A DNA stretch of 64,000 bases from a virus (taxonomy: Duplodnaviria; Caudoviricetes), in the IMG/VR virus record IMGVR_UViG_3300035520_000885, positions 1-64,000 of that record. One strand, written 5' to 3'. The translations under genes and the position numbers were made by a program. Positions 10,326 through 19,989 of this stretch are shown here, one piece after another. The notes below the pieces were generated by a model, which was not told the DNA's origin, made no database searches, and saw nothing but the letters and a program-made list of their open reading frames with translations. Within the stretch, counting starts at the first letter, position 1. Every line of letters begins with the position of its first letter.

Positions 10326-10513
10326 ATGAAATTCTCCTTCTCTTTAAAGGAGAGCTTTCATATAACGAGTTTATGTATCAGATGCCGTACAGAGATATGA
10401 TTAGTTTAAGGGATGCCAGAATTGAGCATCTCATCAACGAGAAAAAAGAAGAAGAGGATGCTCGGAAGAAGGCTGAACAAGATGCTATTCGAAACAAGAT
10501 TCTCGCCAAGTAA
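10262..10513 (+). CDS. -1 frameshift extension of the tail chaperone (G/GT-type)
   Basis: Heptamer T TTT TTC at 10262-10268. The -1 frame is open for 82 codons to TAA at 10511-10513 (FQVSASDEYLDRRKQRFRCINEILLLFKGELSYNEFMYQMPYRDMISLRDARIEHL...). Confidence 0.7.
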   Translation, partial: FFQVSASDEYLDRRKQRFRCINEILLLFKGELSYNEFMYQMPYRDMISLRDARIEHLINEKKEEEDARKKAEQDAIRNKILAK

Positions 10514-10573
10514 AAGGATGATAGCTATCACAGCTCTTTATTCCAATATTAAATATATTGGAGGAAGACTTTC

Positions 10574-10891
10574 ATGATGTCGATGACAGATTGTATTGGT
10601 GAACTCTCTGGATCGAACATGGAAACATTAGAGCAAATCGTAACCTTACAATATCGAAAATTTATTCGCTTTTATAAATTGATTTCTAAGCACTTTGATG
10701 CATTAGAGGGAATAGATTATCAATTCAAAGATCCTTCATCTTTGGATGTATATCTGCACTTTGATACTTCTAAACTGAAAGCTGTGAAATCGAAGATTAA
10801 AGAGGATATGGAGAAGTATGGTTACGAAGGAAATGTTTGCATTCGGAAACAGAGTATTTTGATATCAATTTTTATGGAGGAAGCAACATAA
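10574..10891 (+). CDS. Hypothetical protein
   Basis: 105-aa ORF with GGAGG RBS. Confidence 0.6.
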   Translation: MMSMTDCIGELSGSNMETLEQIVTLQYRKFIRFYKLISKHFDALEGIDYQFKDPSSLDVYLHFDTSKLKAVKSKIKEDMEKYGYEGNVCIRKQSILISIFMEEAT

Positions 10892-11070
10892 AGGTAATGA
10901 GTTTTGAGAAAAGCTCATTTCGTCATATTTTAATAATCTCCTAAACTGTCAGAATAGTCGCTTTGTACATCGAAAAATGAGGTAATTTCGATGTATTTGG
11001 TTATTATGGCATACTTATGTAGAAATTAGTGCAATTATCTTCGCGGTTGGTTGCACTGTTTTTATATAAG

Positions 11071-11108
11071 AAAAAAGAAGAGACCTTTTCGGAGGTCTCT
11101 TCTTTTTT
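11071..11108. terminator. Bidirectional intrinsic terminator
   Basis: aaaaaagaagagacct-tttcgg-aggtctcttctttttt. Confidence 0.8.
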
Positions 11109-11120
11109 ACCCGAAACGGG

Positions 11121-12230
11121 TTAGATTTTTATCCGGATTTTTCCGGATTTAATCATCCTCCGCACTTCGGAATCAAAGTTGGAGTTGATTTCATCCAGAT
11201 AATCTTGGATATTCTCGACATCGTCGATGGTGAGTAGATGCATATTCTGCTCCAGAACCCGCTTGTTAAACATGCCATATCGGATTCTGTAGTTATGCTC
11301 GGATTGGTAGAATTCTACAATTCCCTTCCGAGCAAAGTATGCAACCATCGGGTCTGGAATGAACCAAAGGTCATCCTTGGAGATTTTCTTCGCTCGGATG
11401 AATTGAGACATTTCCGGCTCGATGACGTCATGAGTTCTATTGAACTCGGTAACGGTGCAGTCCTGGAAGATGGGGTAGATAAAGTCCGAGCCAGTGCACC
11501 GTTCGAGAACTTCGCATTCGCGAATCCATTTATATTTCACGAATACAGTCTCGATGGAGCGGGAATTGTACTTCTCCTCTCCCTCAGGGTCGGTTTCTCC
11601 CACCTTCATGGTTTCATTCGGGAGAGTGACCTTGACGAAAAGAATATACCCGTCAGGAGTAGTCTTTCCCCAGAATACCCCATAACGACACCGGATTTTC
11701 TCATAGCGGTCATAGTCGGTATCACCCCAATGGTCTCGGTTATACCAATACATCTCTACGTCGGTTGCCGGGGTTAGTTTAGCATCCAGCTTTTTAAGGT
11801 AAACCTCATTGAACTCGTTTGGTTCACCATAGCTGCAATAAGCCAACCCACCACGGAAATTTTTCCATGAGGGGTCATTGGTGGTGTATGCTTGGATGTA
11901 AGCGTACTCTCTCCACCACCAGAATAAGCTAGCGCGTTTCTCGACTTGGCACTGCCAGCGAGGAAAGTCGATGGCTTCCTTATCACGGAGGAGCCAAACG
12001 AGCAGAGTTGCACGGACTTTCTGGGCGGCCGCTTTCGCCTTAGCGGTATCAACCCAGGTATACTCGCGGGTCATCTGATTTGTGAAATACTCATCGAACT
12101 GATGGTTGATTTCTTTCATAATTTCCGTGGCATTTGGGTCCTTGCAAATATCGGGATGGTACTTCTTCGCGAGTTTCTTGTACTCTTTGCGAAGCTCCTC
12201 ATTGTCCAGCCCGTCTCTAAAATATTGCAT
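11121..12230 (-). CDS. J-domain (DnaJ-like) protein
   Basis: N-terminal 'ELRKEYKKLAKKYHPD...MKEIN'; C-terminal region unrecognised. Confidence 0.75.
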   Translation of the reverse strand: MQYFRDGLDNEELRKEYKKLAKKYHPDICKDPNATEIMKEINHQFDEYFTNQMTREYTWVDTAKAKAAAQKVRATLLVWLLRDKEAIDFPRWQCQVEKRASLFWWWREYAYIQAYTTNDPSWKNFRGGLAYCSYGEPNEFNEVYLKKLDAKLTPATDVEMYWYNRDHWGDTDYDRYEKIRCRYGVFWGKTTPDGYILFVKVTLPNETMKVGETDPEGEEKYNSRSIETVFVKYKWIRECEVLERCTGSDFIYPIFQDCTVTEFNRTHDVIEPEMSQFIRAKKISKDDLWFIPDPMVAYFARKGIVEFYQSEHNYRIRYGMFNKRVLEQNMHLLTIDDVENIQDYLDEINSNFDSEVRRMIKSGKIRIKI

Positions 12231-12250
12231 TGTGCATCTCCCTTCTTTTG

Positions 12251-12493
12251 TTAGTCATCGTTTACGTGATTTCCTACAGGAGAATCCCCTGGGCCGAAGA
12301 TAGTACGAAGTGGCTCTTTAGTTGGGATTTCCCAGTTGGCGGCTAGGGTATGAATGGACCGGTACGGACATTTACCCCAACCGCGAGCATTCTTCACCCA
12401 GATGTAATTATCATCTGTGCAGATTTTAATGCTGTACACGCGATCGCTAATAAATCCGCACGATGTATTCCCGATAAATTTCCCAAGAATCAT
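12251..12493 (-). CDS. Hypothetical protein
   Basis: 80-aa ORF with ATGA overlap with the upstream gene and GGAGG RBS. Confidence 0.6.
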   Translation of the reverse strand: MILGKFIGNTSCGFISDRVYSIKICTDDNYIWVKNARGWGKCPYRSIHTLAANWEIPTKEPLRTIFGPGDSPVGNHVNDD

Positions 12494-13233
12494 GATGTTT
12501 TCTCACCTCCAGTTATATCTGCTTGACAGACCTCTCTCATAACCTCCAGAATCTTCTTATTGGAGGTTATGTCACTGACCATAGAGAGGATGTTTGTATA
12601 TTCGCTTTTAGGCCCGTCAGGATTAACGGCTTTGCCACAGTCGATGATATATGCGAGATCAATCAGCTCATCCCAATCAATCTCATATTCATTCCAGTCC
12701 TGGGCTAGCTGCTCTTTTGTCGGCTCTGGGAATGCTTTGGTCAACTCATCGAAGTAGTCATCTGGGAATGGCCGGTGGTCACAAGCCATACCGATTCCCT
12801 CTTTGGCCCTGTACTCTGGATGAATCATGCATCCGGTTGTCTCGCTGAGAAGGATGCAGGTTCCAAAGAAAGACGGATCTACGATGGATGAGAACGTATT
12901 CCGCATCCGTAAATAGTAGAGAGGAATCTCGTCGTCATTCACCGGGTCCCACCAGTCGATTGCGACGATGCCAGTCTCCAATACCTTCTTGAGAACTTCA
13001 TTATTCTCAATTTCGGTATTGTCTTTCGAGAGGCCCTTGATTTGGGTAGGATGAAAAATACATCCCATCCGTTTACAACACACTCCTTTGCAGAATGAGC
13101 AGACGGCTTCCGTGTACCTGGTTCCAATCTTTACTTGCTCATCAGACCAAGGAACCAGTTGGGATTGAAGCCGGTCGACCAAATCCGGAAGACTGACTTC
13201 TTCTGTGATAGAATTATAGTGTTTTATTAGCAT
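12490..13233 (-). CDS. CxxCxxCC (YkgJ-like) cysteine-cluster protein
   Basis: 'CSFCKGVCC' and 'CILL...GCMIH..R' pattern; GGAGG RBS. Confidence 0.55.
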   Translation of the reverse strand: MLIKHYNSITEEVSLPDLVDRLQSQLVPWSDEQVKIGTRYTEAVCSFCKGVCCKRMGCIFHPTQIKGLSKDNTEIENNEVLKKVLETGIVAIDWWDPVNDDEIPLYYLRMRNTFSSIVDPSFFGTCILLSETTGCMIHPEYRAKEGIGMACDHRPFPDDYFDELTKAFPEPTKEQLAQDWNEYEIDWDELIDLAYIIDCGKAVNPDGPKSEYTNILSMVSDITSNKKILEVMREVCQADITGGEKTS

Positions 13234-13262
13234 CTATAATCAACCTCCTAATTTATATACCA

Positions 13263-13276
13263 GTATATTATATCAC
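13263..13276 (-). promoter_or_regulatory. Early / extended -10-type promoter GTGATATAATATAC
   Basis: The identical 14-mer occurs at 58509-58522 (+) and a near copy at 16081 (+), each upstream of accessory genes; it contains TGnTATAAT. Confidence 0.55.
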
Positions 13277-13312
13277 GATTTTTTAGTAATTTGCCTAGGA
13301 ATATAGCTCGAA

Positions 13313-13324
13313 AACATACTTTTA
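13313..13324 (+). promoter_or_regulatory. Late promoter AACA-N6-TA
   Basis: AACATACTTTTA about 30 nt upstream of the RNAP gene; the same motif recurs before many core genes. Confidence 0.6.
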
Positions 13325-13356
13325 ATACTGAATGATAGAAGGAGGTATATATCCAA

Positions 13357-14925
13357 ATGCGTATCGATTTATTTGATATGGACGAGTTCATTGAAATCAA
13401 CCATCTGCAAGAGATTACGTCTCCTGTACTATTTGAGCGTGGAGGAATCCCTAACCCGAATGGGCTTGTTTCCAATGATATCTTTGGAGTTAGTGTGAAG
13501 TCTCGTAAAGAGACATTCGCATACATCAATCTTCATGGACATTTCTTCCATCCTCACATCTATAAGATTATCAAGCGTGTATTCCGCAATATTGACAAGA
13601 TTGTCAATGGTGAAGAGTACTACAGTATTGACGCCAAGGGGAATCTTGTGAAAGATAATGAGCTTGGTTATACCGGTATTGATTTTCTTTACAACAACTG
13701 GGAGAAGATTAAGTGGGAAGGCAATGCCGGAATGTCCACGGAACGTACAAATTTGATCAAGAAGAGCAAAAAGAACGAGGTATTTATCACGAAAATGATA
13801 GTCATTCCGCCATTTTATCGAGATATTAGCTCCTCTCGAGGAGGTGGTGGAGAGACTCTCCCGATTAATGATCTTTATACGAGATTGATTCGTATGGGTC
13901 AGTTAATCAATGACCGTGATATGTTTGACTTCTCTTTCCATGGCACTAATTTTAATATCCAGAATACTCTGGTAGATATCTATGACTACTTCAAGGATAA
14001 GTTGGATAAGAAGAATGGTCTTCTGAGAAAGTATTTACTTGGTAAGAATGTAGACTATTGTGTTCGTACGGTCATCTCTGCCCCTACATTTGTGGAAGAC
14101 CATCCTGAAAATAATATGGTAGATTTTACCCATGCCGCTGTCCCCATTTCTCAGGTCTGTGTATTGTGTTATCCTTTTATGGTTGCATGGCTCAGGAACT
14201 TCTTTGAGAGGGAAGTTATTGAGAATAAAGCCATTAAGTATTACACAAATACTAATGATGAAGGAAATGAATTTCCTTCTCTAAAGAATCCTGAATCGTA
14301 TTTCAACGACACCTATATCAAGAAAGCGATTGATAGATTTGTGAAAGACCCGTCTTCTCGTTATGATAAGATTATGGTTCCCACTTATAGTGATAAACCG
14401 AAATATCTTTGGTTTAACGGAAGATATGCTGATCAGAGAAATGAGAAAGCTACCATTGCAAATCGTCCTATGACTTGGACAGATTTGTTATTCATCGCTT
14501 CCTGTGATATCACGAAGGATAAGCATGTCATGATTACCCGATACCCTATCTTGGATAGCTTTGGCATCTTCTTATCCAGAATCAGAGTAGCATCTACTCT
14601 GAAAACCACTCCGGTGGAAATCAATAGTCAGGTCTATAGATGGTATCCATATATTGACCTCTCTATGACAAAGAGCCAAGTTAGTAACAACTTTATTGAT
14701 ACTACTCGATTCTCTAATTCCTATCTGGAAGGTCTAGACGGTGACTATGACGGCGATCAGATCACTGCGAAGATTCTCTGGACTCAGGAGGCAAATGCTG
14801 AATGCGAGAAAGCTATCAATTCTAAGTCCTTTATTCTTAGCCCGAATGGCAAGAATATGAGAACTTGTGATATCGAAGCGATTCAGACATTCTATGTACT
14901 TACGAAAGACCCTATTAAGAGCTAA
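13357..14925 (+). CDS. Phage multisubunit RNA polymerase beta' subunit (catalytic fragment)
   Basis: 'GLLRKYLLGKNVDYCVRTVI' (RpoC [20 protein letters not shown]), 'VIPPFYR', and the catalytic 'DGDYDGD' DxDGD motif. Confidence 0.9.
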   Translation: MRIDLFDMDEFIEINHLQEITSPVLFERGGIPNPNGLVSNDIFGVSVKSRKETFAYINLHGHFFHPHIYKIIKRVFRNIDKIVNGEEYYSIDAKGNLVKDNELGYTGIDFLYNNWEKIKWEGNAGMSTERTNLIKKSKKNEVFITKMIVIPPFYRDISSSRGGGGETLPINDLYTRLIRMGQLINDRDMFDFSFHGTNFNIQNTLVDIYDYFKDKLDKKNGLLRKYLLGKNVDYCVRTVISAPTFVEDHPENNMVDFTHAAVPISQVCVLCYPFMVAWLRNFFEREVIENKAIKYYTNTNDEGNEFPSLKNPESYFNDTYIKKAIDRFVKDPSSRYDKIMVPTYSDKPKYLWFNGRYADQRNEKATIANRPMTWTDLLFIASCDITKDKHVMITRYPILDSFGIFLSRIRVASTLKTTPVEINSQVYRWYPYIDLSMTKSQVSNNFIDTTRFSNSYLEGLDGDYDGDQITAKILWTQEANAECEKAINSKSFILSPNGKNMRTCDIEAIQTFYVLTKDPIKS

Positions 14926-15241
14926 TTCGTATTTCATCTCTATCGGCTTAGATAATATAGATATGTACCATGAAAAGAAGTTCGTGGTATAAATCTATAG
15001 AAAGGAAAGCGCTCTACCTAGAGTAGATAGAGACAAGATGACTACACATGAGAGACCGCCAAATAGAAAAAGAGATTGTTTGGTGAAATTACTTGGGTGG
15101 GGTATATCATCTTTCCTGCTTTGCGTGAGAGCGCGAAGTAGGTTAATATGGATGAAGATACCATTTTGGGTGACGATGAAGAAAATTTATTGCTACTCCC
15201 AAAGAAAAGTAATTAACAAATAATCTTACAGAACGGCAAAT

Positions 15242-15275
15242 GAGAACCTACCCAAATTTCCTTGGGTAGGTTCTC
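15242..15275. terminator. Intrinsic terminator-like hairpin
   Basis: gagaacctacccaa / ttgggtaggttctc between convergent genes. Confidence 0.7.
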
Positions 15276-15292
15276 AATGTGCCTTCGGGCAC

Positions 15293-15655
15293 TTATTTTT
15301 TTGTGAAATCACCTGTACTGGACTTAGCAGAAGCAGCCTCGGCCTCTTCTCTAACCTCAGTAGGAGTCTTCGTGACCGTCTTTGTGCTAGTCTTAGTAGA
15401 CTTAGCAGTGGTAGTCGTTGTCTCGACAGCGGGGAAATTGACAGTCTTTACATTCCGAAGATTCAGACGAATCCGCTCATCAAAGTTGTTGGGGTTCAGC
15501 TCATAGACAACCCGATGGTTACGAACCATGGTTTCCAGAGTCGTAATCTTCTGAATGCAGGGATGCAGGATAGGACCAGAGATACCACCGAGCTCCTTAA
15601 TGGTACCAGCGGACTCAATCACTACCAGCTTACTTTTCTCATTTAAGTTAGTCAT
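15293..15655 (-). CDS. Hypothetical protein, paralog of 17882..18232
   Basis: Shares 'ELGGI.GPIL.P...T..T.V.N.R.V.E' with the 17882 ORF; AGGAGG RBS. Confidence 0.65.
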   Translation of the reverse strand: MTNLNEKSKLVVIESAGTIKELGGISGPILHPCIQKITTLETMVRNHRVVYELNPNNFDERIRLNLRNVKTVNFPAVETTTTTAKSTKTSTKTVTKTPTEVREEAEAASAKSSTGDFTKK

Positions 15656-15679
15656 TGGAATAATCCTCCTTTCATTTTT

Positions 15680-15985
15680 TTATTTGCAGCATTCCGACTC
15701 ATCGTCAATGCCACCCTCAGGAATCTCAGGATTGACACCCAGAATGGCGTCAATATCCAGATCCTCATCGGAATCGGCAACGCGATCGATCTCACTATCT
15801 TCAGAGTCGGATTCGGGGATGCGTTCAATCAGCTCTTCCAGCTCATCTTCAGAAACGTCCTCAAACATGACATCGCCAACCAGCATATCGGAGACCATAG
15901 CGCTCTCCAGCATAGAACCGATTAAAACGCGCTCTCTCTCCAGAGAAGCCCGCTCACGGCGAATAGACTTCAGGCCATTAATCAT
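15680..15985 (-). CDS. Small acidic protein
   Basis: Start placed at ATG 15985 after AGGTGG; late promoter motif at 16018-16029. Confidence 0.55.
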   Translation of the reverse strand: MINGLKSIRRERASLERERVLIGSMLESAMVSDMLVGDVMFEDVSEDELEELIERIPESDSEDSEIDRVADSDEDLDIDAILGVNPEIPEGGIDDESECCK

Positions 15986-16138
15986 GTGGAGCACACCACC
16001 TTTCTTTTTACTGAATTTATAGTATTGTTTTTCATTGCAAATTAAAACCCTGTAATTTCCTTGGAAAAGGCCGTTTTTGCTGATATAATATAATTTTAAA
16101 ATAAGTAAAGAGTTTGCCTTGAAAGGAGACAAATTAAT

Positions 16139-17827
16139 ATGAGTCGGGAAGAAGAAGTTCGATTACTGAGACGATTGTTTGTGTCTCCAGACGCAGGCAT
16201 GAGAGATCCGTATAAAGAATGCCTAATTAATCCACTGTATATTCTAACGAATCTATTAGAGTTGGAATTCCCTGTAGATAATTGCTGGTATCTGAATCAG
16301 TTCTATGATTTCATGCATGATATCTGCGAGGGCGCATTGGATTATACGACAGGAATGAAACGGATAAACCACATACTTCACGATCATGAGATTCCGGAGC
16401 ACATGCTTCATACATCTTTTGATGATGAACCGGAAGAAGGGCTCCCAGTTCTCTATAATGATATTTATGAAGATTTAGTATATTATTATGAGGATAGGAT
16501 TCTTGATATGATTCCTGGTGGGCCACTTCATTCAGTTCTCATGGTAATGATGACTAGAGAACCACAGGAAGACCCGATGGATTTCACGATCAATGTGGAA
16601 GCGATTAGAGCTGAACTTGGATCTGCGCTTCCACATAAGAACCCTGAGCTGTTGGATGTCTGTACGAAGTATGTGACGGAATTTTGTGGTATCGTATTAG
16701 ATACCTTATGCGGAAGGAGAAGAGCTATGGACAAACGGTCACCAGCGATGATGAAACGCTGGCATCCTGACACAGACGGAGACCTCATTAGTGATATTGA
16801 GGTCCGAATTGTGAAGGATACTCTGAAGGGTAATAATGCCCGGAAGAAAGAAGATGCACGGCAACTTCGAGAGAACGTGAATGAACTTGACAAACAGCAC
16901 GGGTTGAGACTTCGTCACCCGGAAAAAACAACAATCGACGACAGGTGGGATATGAGAAATGCTTTTGCGTATATTGGACGTTATATCATTAGGCTTATCG
17001 CTGTTATCAATTCTCTCGACAGCGAAGCACTTATTGGAGACGATGGGACTATTAAGGAGAAAACCCTGCTGAAATTTATCCATACAATCCAGTTCGAGAA
17101 ATACGATGAACCGAAGAACGATAATTCTACAGATTATCAGATTCGGTATCTGAGTCGACTGGGATGTTGGATTTTTGCACAACTGGAAGTGATGGCCGAA
17201 GTCATGTATGTGTGCAAACAGGGTTCTGTTCTGGAGGCATACGAAGTCAAGGTTGATTATGCCAAGGAAATCCTCAAGAACTATAGTCTCCTCATTCAAA
17301 AGATGTTGAGTGGAAAAGATTGCACCAGCAACATCATGTTCTTTGAGGAGCTTGCTATCTATATTGATAGTTGCCCTCTGGAACTGAAGAAACAGCAGGA
17401 GAAAGAGGAGAAGATTGAATTGCAGACTGCAAGTTTGCATTTCATGCTGAAACCTTATCGTAGACACGACGACGAAGTCGCCTTTGACACAATCCTGAAA
17501 CTCGCATATTATACTGCGACAAATGAAACCAATCTGAAGAAATCTGGAATAGAATTTCCAGAGAAGTACAGATGGTGGAAACGAAAATATGCGAGAGAAT
17601 GTATCAGAGATCTGGGCAAGCATATTAGGATGTCTTGGAAGCGACGGGAACAGTGTCCACAGATGTATCTGGAATATATGAGAGCAGAACCAGATATCAG
17701 ATGTGCTGTCATCAACGACAACAAAGATAATGATCTCCTAATCGGAGTATCTGCTATCCAATTCTATGGATTTATCTCTGGAGCAACCAGAGTTCAAAGA
17801 TATATCAGAAAAATCTTGAGATGTTAA
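16139..17827 (+). CDS. Hypothetical protein
   Basis: 562-aa ORF with AAGGAG RBS, early-type promoter at 16081 and terminator at about 17838-17872. Confidence 0.65.
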   Translation: MSREEEVRLLRRLFVSPDAGMRDPYKECLINPLYILTNLLELEFPVDNCWYLNQFYDFMHDICEGALDYTTGMKRINHILHDHEIPEHMLHTSFDDEPEEGLPVLYNDIYEDLVYYYEDRILDMIPGGPLHSVLMVMMTREPQEDPMDFTINVEAIRAELGSALPHKNPELLDVCTKYVTEFCGIVLDTLCGRRRAMDKRSPAMMKRWHPDTDGDLISDIEVRIVKDTLKGNNARKKEDARQLRENVNELDKQHGLRLRHPEKTTIDDRWDMRNAFAYIGRYIIRLIAVINSLDSEALIGDDGTIKEKTLLKFIHTIQFEKYDEPKNDNSTDYQIRYLSRLGCWIFAQLEVMAEVMYVCKQGSVLEAYEVKVDYAKEILKNYSLLIQKMLSGKDCTSNIMFFEELAIYIDSCPLELKKQQEKEEKIELQTASLHFMLKPYRRHDDEVAFDTILKLAYYTATNETNLKKSGIEFPEKYRWWKRKYARECIRDLGKHIRMSWKRREQCPQMYLEYMRAEPDIRCAVINDNKDNDLLIGVSAIQFYGFISGATRVQRYIRKILRC

Positions 17828-17881
17828 ATTTCGGGTGATAGGATAGTGGCCGACAGGCCACTATCCATCTTTCTTGTATTC

Positions 17882-18232
17882 TCACTCATCGAGAATTTCA
17901 ATATACATTGTGCCGGCTGCCATAGTTGCCATATTTTCAGCAGTAGCATCGGCAACACTGACCACGAATGTATTCTCATTCACCGACGGGTCAATGATTT
18001 CGCTATTTCCCGGATAAATGTTGAAATCATCATAGTTACTCTTCGTAAGAATGACGTATTTCAAAGGATCCGTAATCGCGTGCTCGCAGACAGTCCTACG
18101 GTTATAGACTAGCGTCTTAACTGTGTCGATATCCATCCATGTAGGATTCAGGATTGGTCCTTGAATTCCACCGAGTTCATATAGAATACTGGAATCACGG
18201 ACGGTTACGTACTTCATTCTAGTTGTGGACAT
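17882..18232 (-). CDS. Hypothetical protein, paralog of 15293..15655
   Basis: Shared N-terminal motif; late promoter motif at 18284-18295. Confidence 0.65.
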   Translation of the reverse strand: MSTTRMKYVTVRDSSILYELGGIQGPILNPTWMDIDTVKTLVYNRRTVCEHAITDPLKYVILTKSNYDDFNIYPGNSEIIDPSVNENTFVVSVADATAENMATMAAGTMYIEILDE

Positions 18233-18297
18233 TATATACTCCCTCGCTTTCTTTCAGTTTTAGCGATAAAATTCAAGCCGTATTAACTATTTGTTTT

Positions 18298-19989
18298 TCA
18301 ATTCCTCATTCTGTCAACATCAAAGGGCTCGAATTGTAGGATGGGAGAGATTGCTTCGTCATCTTTATTCTCTCTCGTAATTGCATTCTTCTTACCCCGC
18401 TTAGCGTCTTCCAGAGAAACAAACTGAGTTGCAAGACTATAAAGAGAGATGCTCTTCGGCAAATCAACGTCGTCAATAAGCTTGATTGTATTGCCAGGTT
18501 CATACGGATGGTTAAAGTATTCGAGTCTCTTAAGTGTGTCATCGGTTTCAGAAGAACGATAACGTCGCTTGAGCAATTTGAATGTCAGATAAACTTCGCC
18601 AGTATCTGCTTTCACCTCTTGGTTAATGATAATGCACACGTCGGAGTTCTCAATGATTTCCCATGCACCAGCAATACCATCTCTACCAACAAGACGAGTA
18701 ACGTCTTCTTTTTTTGCCTGAATGGCTGCGTCAACGACACTGGATGCAGTTCTGTTAAGCTGTTGAGCAGAGATAACCGGAATATCCAGAGACTTTGCGA
18801 GAGTCTTCAATTCATTGGTAATATTCTTGAGTTCCTCTTTCTCAGTAGGTGCTTTTTCAGCAGGACGAATACGCTTCAGATAGTCGAGAATCAGAGCAAC
18901 TACTTCAGTGCCAGAATCATACAGGTCTCTGATAATACCATAGAGGTCATTCGTATCAATGCTTCTATTCGGATAGTACTGGATGACAATGTCGATATTA
19001 TTCTTATCGCTCAGAGTCATCTCGCCATCTTCTTTAAGCTTACGGATAACTTGTTTCGGAGTATAGTTACGGATATCATCAGAACAGACTTTCATATTGA
19101 AGATGCGCTCAATGGTCTCATCAATATCATTCTCCATGGTAATCAAGAGAACTGCAGGAGTCTTACTTGGGTCTTTAGCTTTGATATCCGGATTATACTT
19201 CTTGATGTCGAGTGCGGCCTTCAGAAGAATCTGAGATTTTCCGCCACCAGGAAACGCTAAATAAGTATAGAGTCTCTTTGAGTGATAACCAGGAGAAAGA
19301 ATTGTGTTTAATCTACGGATACCAGTCAAAAATACTCTATTTCTATCCTTTAGTTTTTCCACCGCATCTGTGACCACATCCTCAAAGGTGTCATCCTTCA
19401 AAGAGAATGTGTTATCGGCACCCAAACTATTGGTGTTTCGCTTCATGTTGATGACAGAAGTTGCAATGTCATACAAGTCTTCACTTACGGATTTATAACT
19501 CTTAAAGTTACCATCCTCGATATTATCAAGAATATCTTGGTAGGTATCTTTCAGAGTCAGGGTATAACCAAACTCCAATCTGTCATCAATGCACTTAATG
19601 AGGTATTTTGTTTCCTCATAGGATAATTTCAACTTATCGATTCCATCCACAATGGAATTCGTAGCCTCAGTGGCATCTGTCTGTTCCTTGCAGTATTGCT
19701 TGATGAGTTCATTATTCACGAACCCCTTCTTCAGGATGGCCTTTAGACTATTTAAAATCACCCATATTCTAGATTGTAACTCCTCGTTTCCTTCGTAGAT
19801 ACTCATGTCCAGGATATTGAAGAGCTTATATGTGTTGCTCAGGCATTTACGGGTTCTGAGCACACTGTCTTTATAAATAAATGCTATGATACTGTCAAGC
19901 ATCAGCACATCCATCTTGAGTTTTATCTTTTTTAATTTGATATTAGAGATATTTGGAATTTCCTTGGATATGATGTCTTTACTCATCAA
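18298..19989 (-). CDS. dnaB: Replicative DnaB-like (SF4) helicase
   Basis: Walker A 'AFPGGGKS', 'ITMEN', Walker B 'LILDYL' and 'AQQLNR'. Confidence 0.85.
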   Translation of the reverse strand: MMSKDIISKEIPNISNIKLKKIKLKMDVLMLDSIIAFIYKDSVLRTRKCLSNTYKLFNILDMSIYEGNEELQSRIWVILNSLKAILKKGFVNNELIKQYCKEQTDATEATNSIVDGIDKLKLSYEETKYLIKCIDDRLEFGYTLTLKDTYQDILDNIEDGNFKSYKSVSEDLYDIATSVINMKRNTNSLGADNTFSLKDDTFEDVVTDAVEKLKDRNRVFLTGIRRLNTILSPGYHSKRLYTYLAFPGGGKSQILLKAALDIKKYNPDIKAKDPSKTPAVLLITMENDIDETIERIFNMKVCSDDIRNYTPKQVIRKLKEDGEMTLSDKNNIDIVIQYYPNRSIDTNDLYGIIRDLYDSGTEVVALILDYLKRIRPAEKAPTEKEELKNITNELKTLAKSLDIPVISAQQLNRTASSVVDAAIQAKKEDVTRLVGRDGIAGAWEIIENSDVCIIINQEVKADTGEVYLTFKLLKRRYRSSETDDTLKRLEYFNHPYEPGNTIKLIDDVDLPKSISLYSLATQFVSLEDAKRGKKNAITRENKDDEAISPILQFEPFDVDRMRN

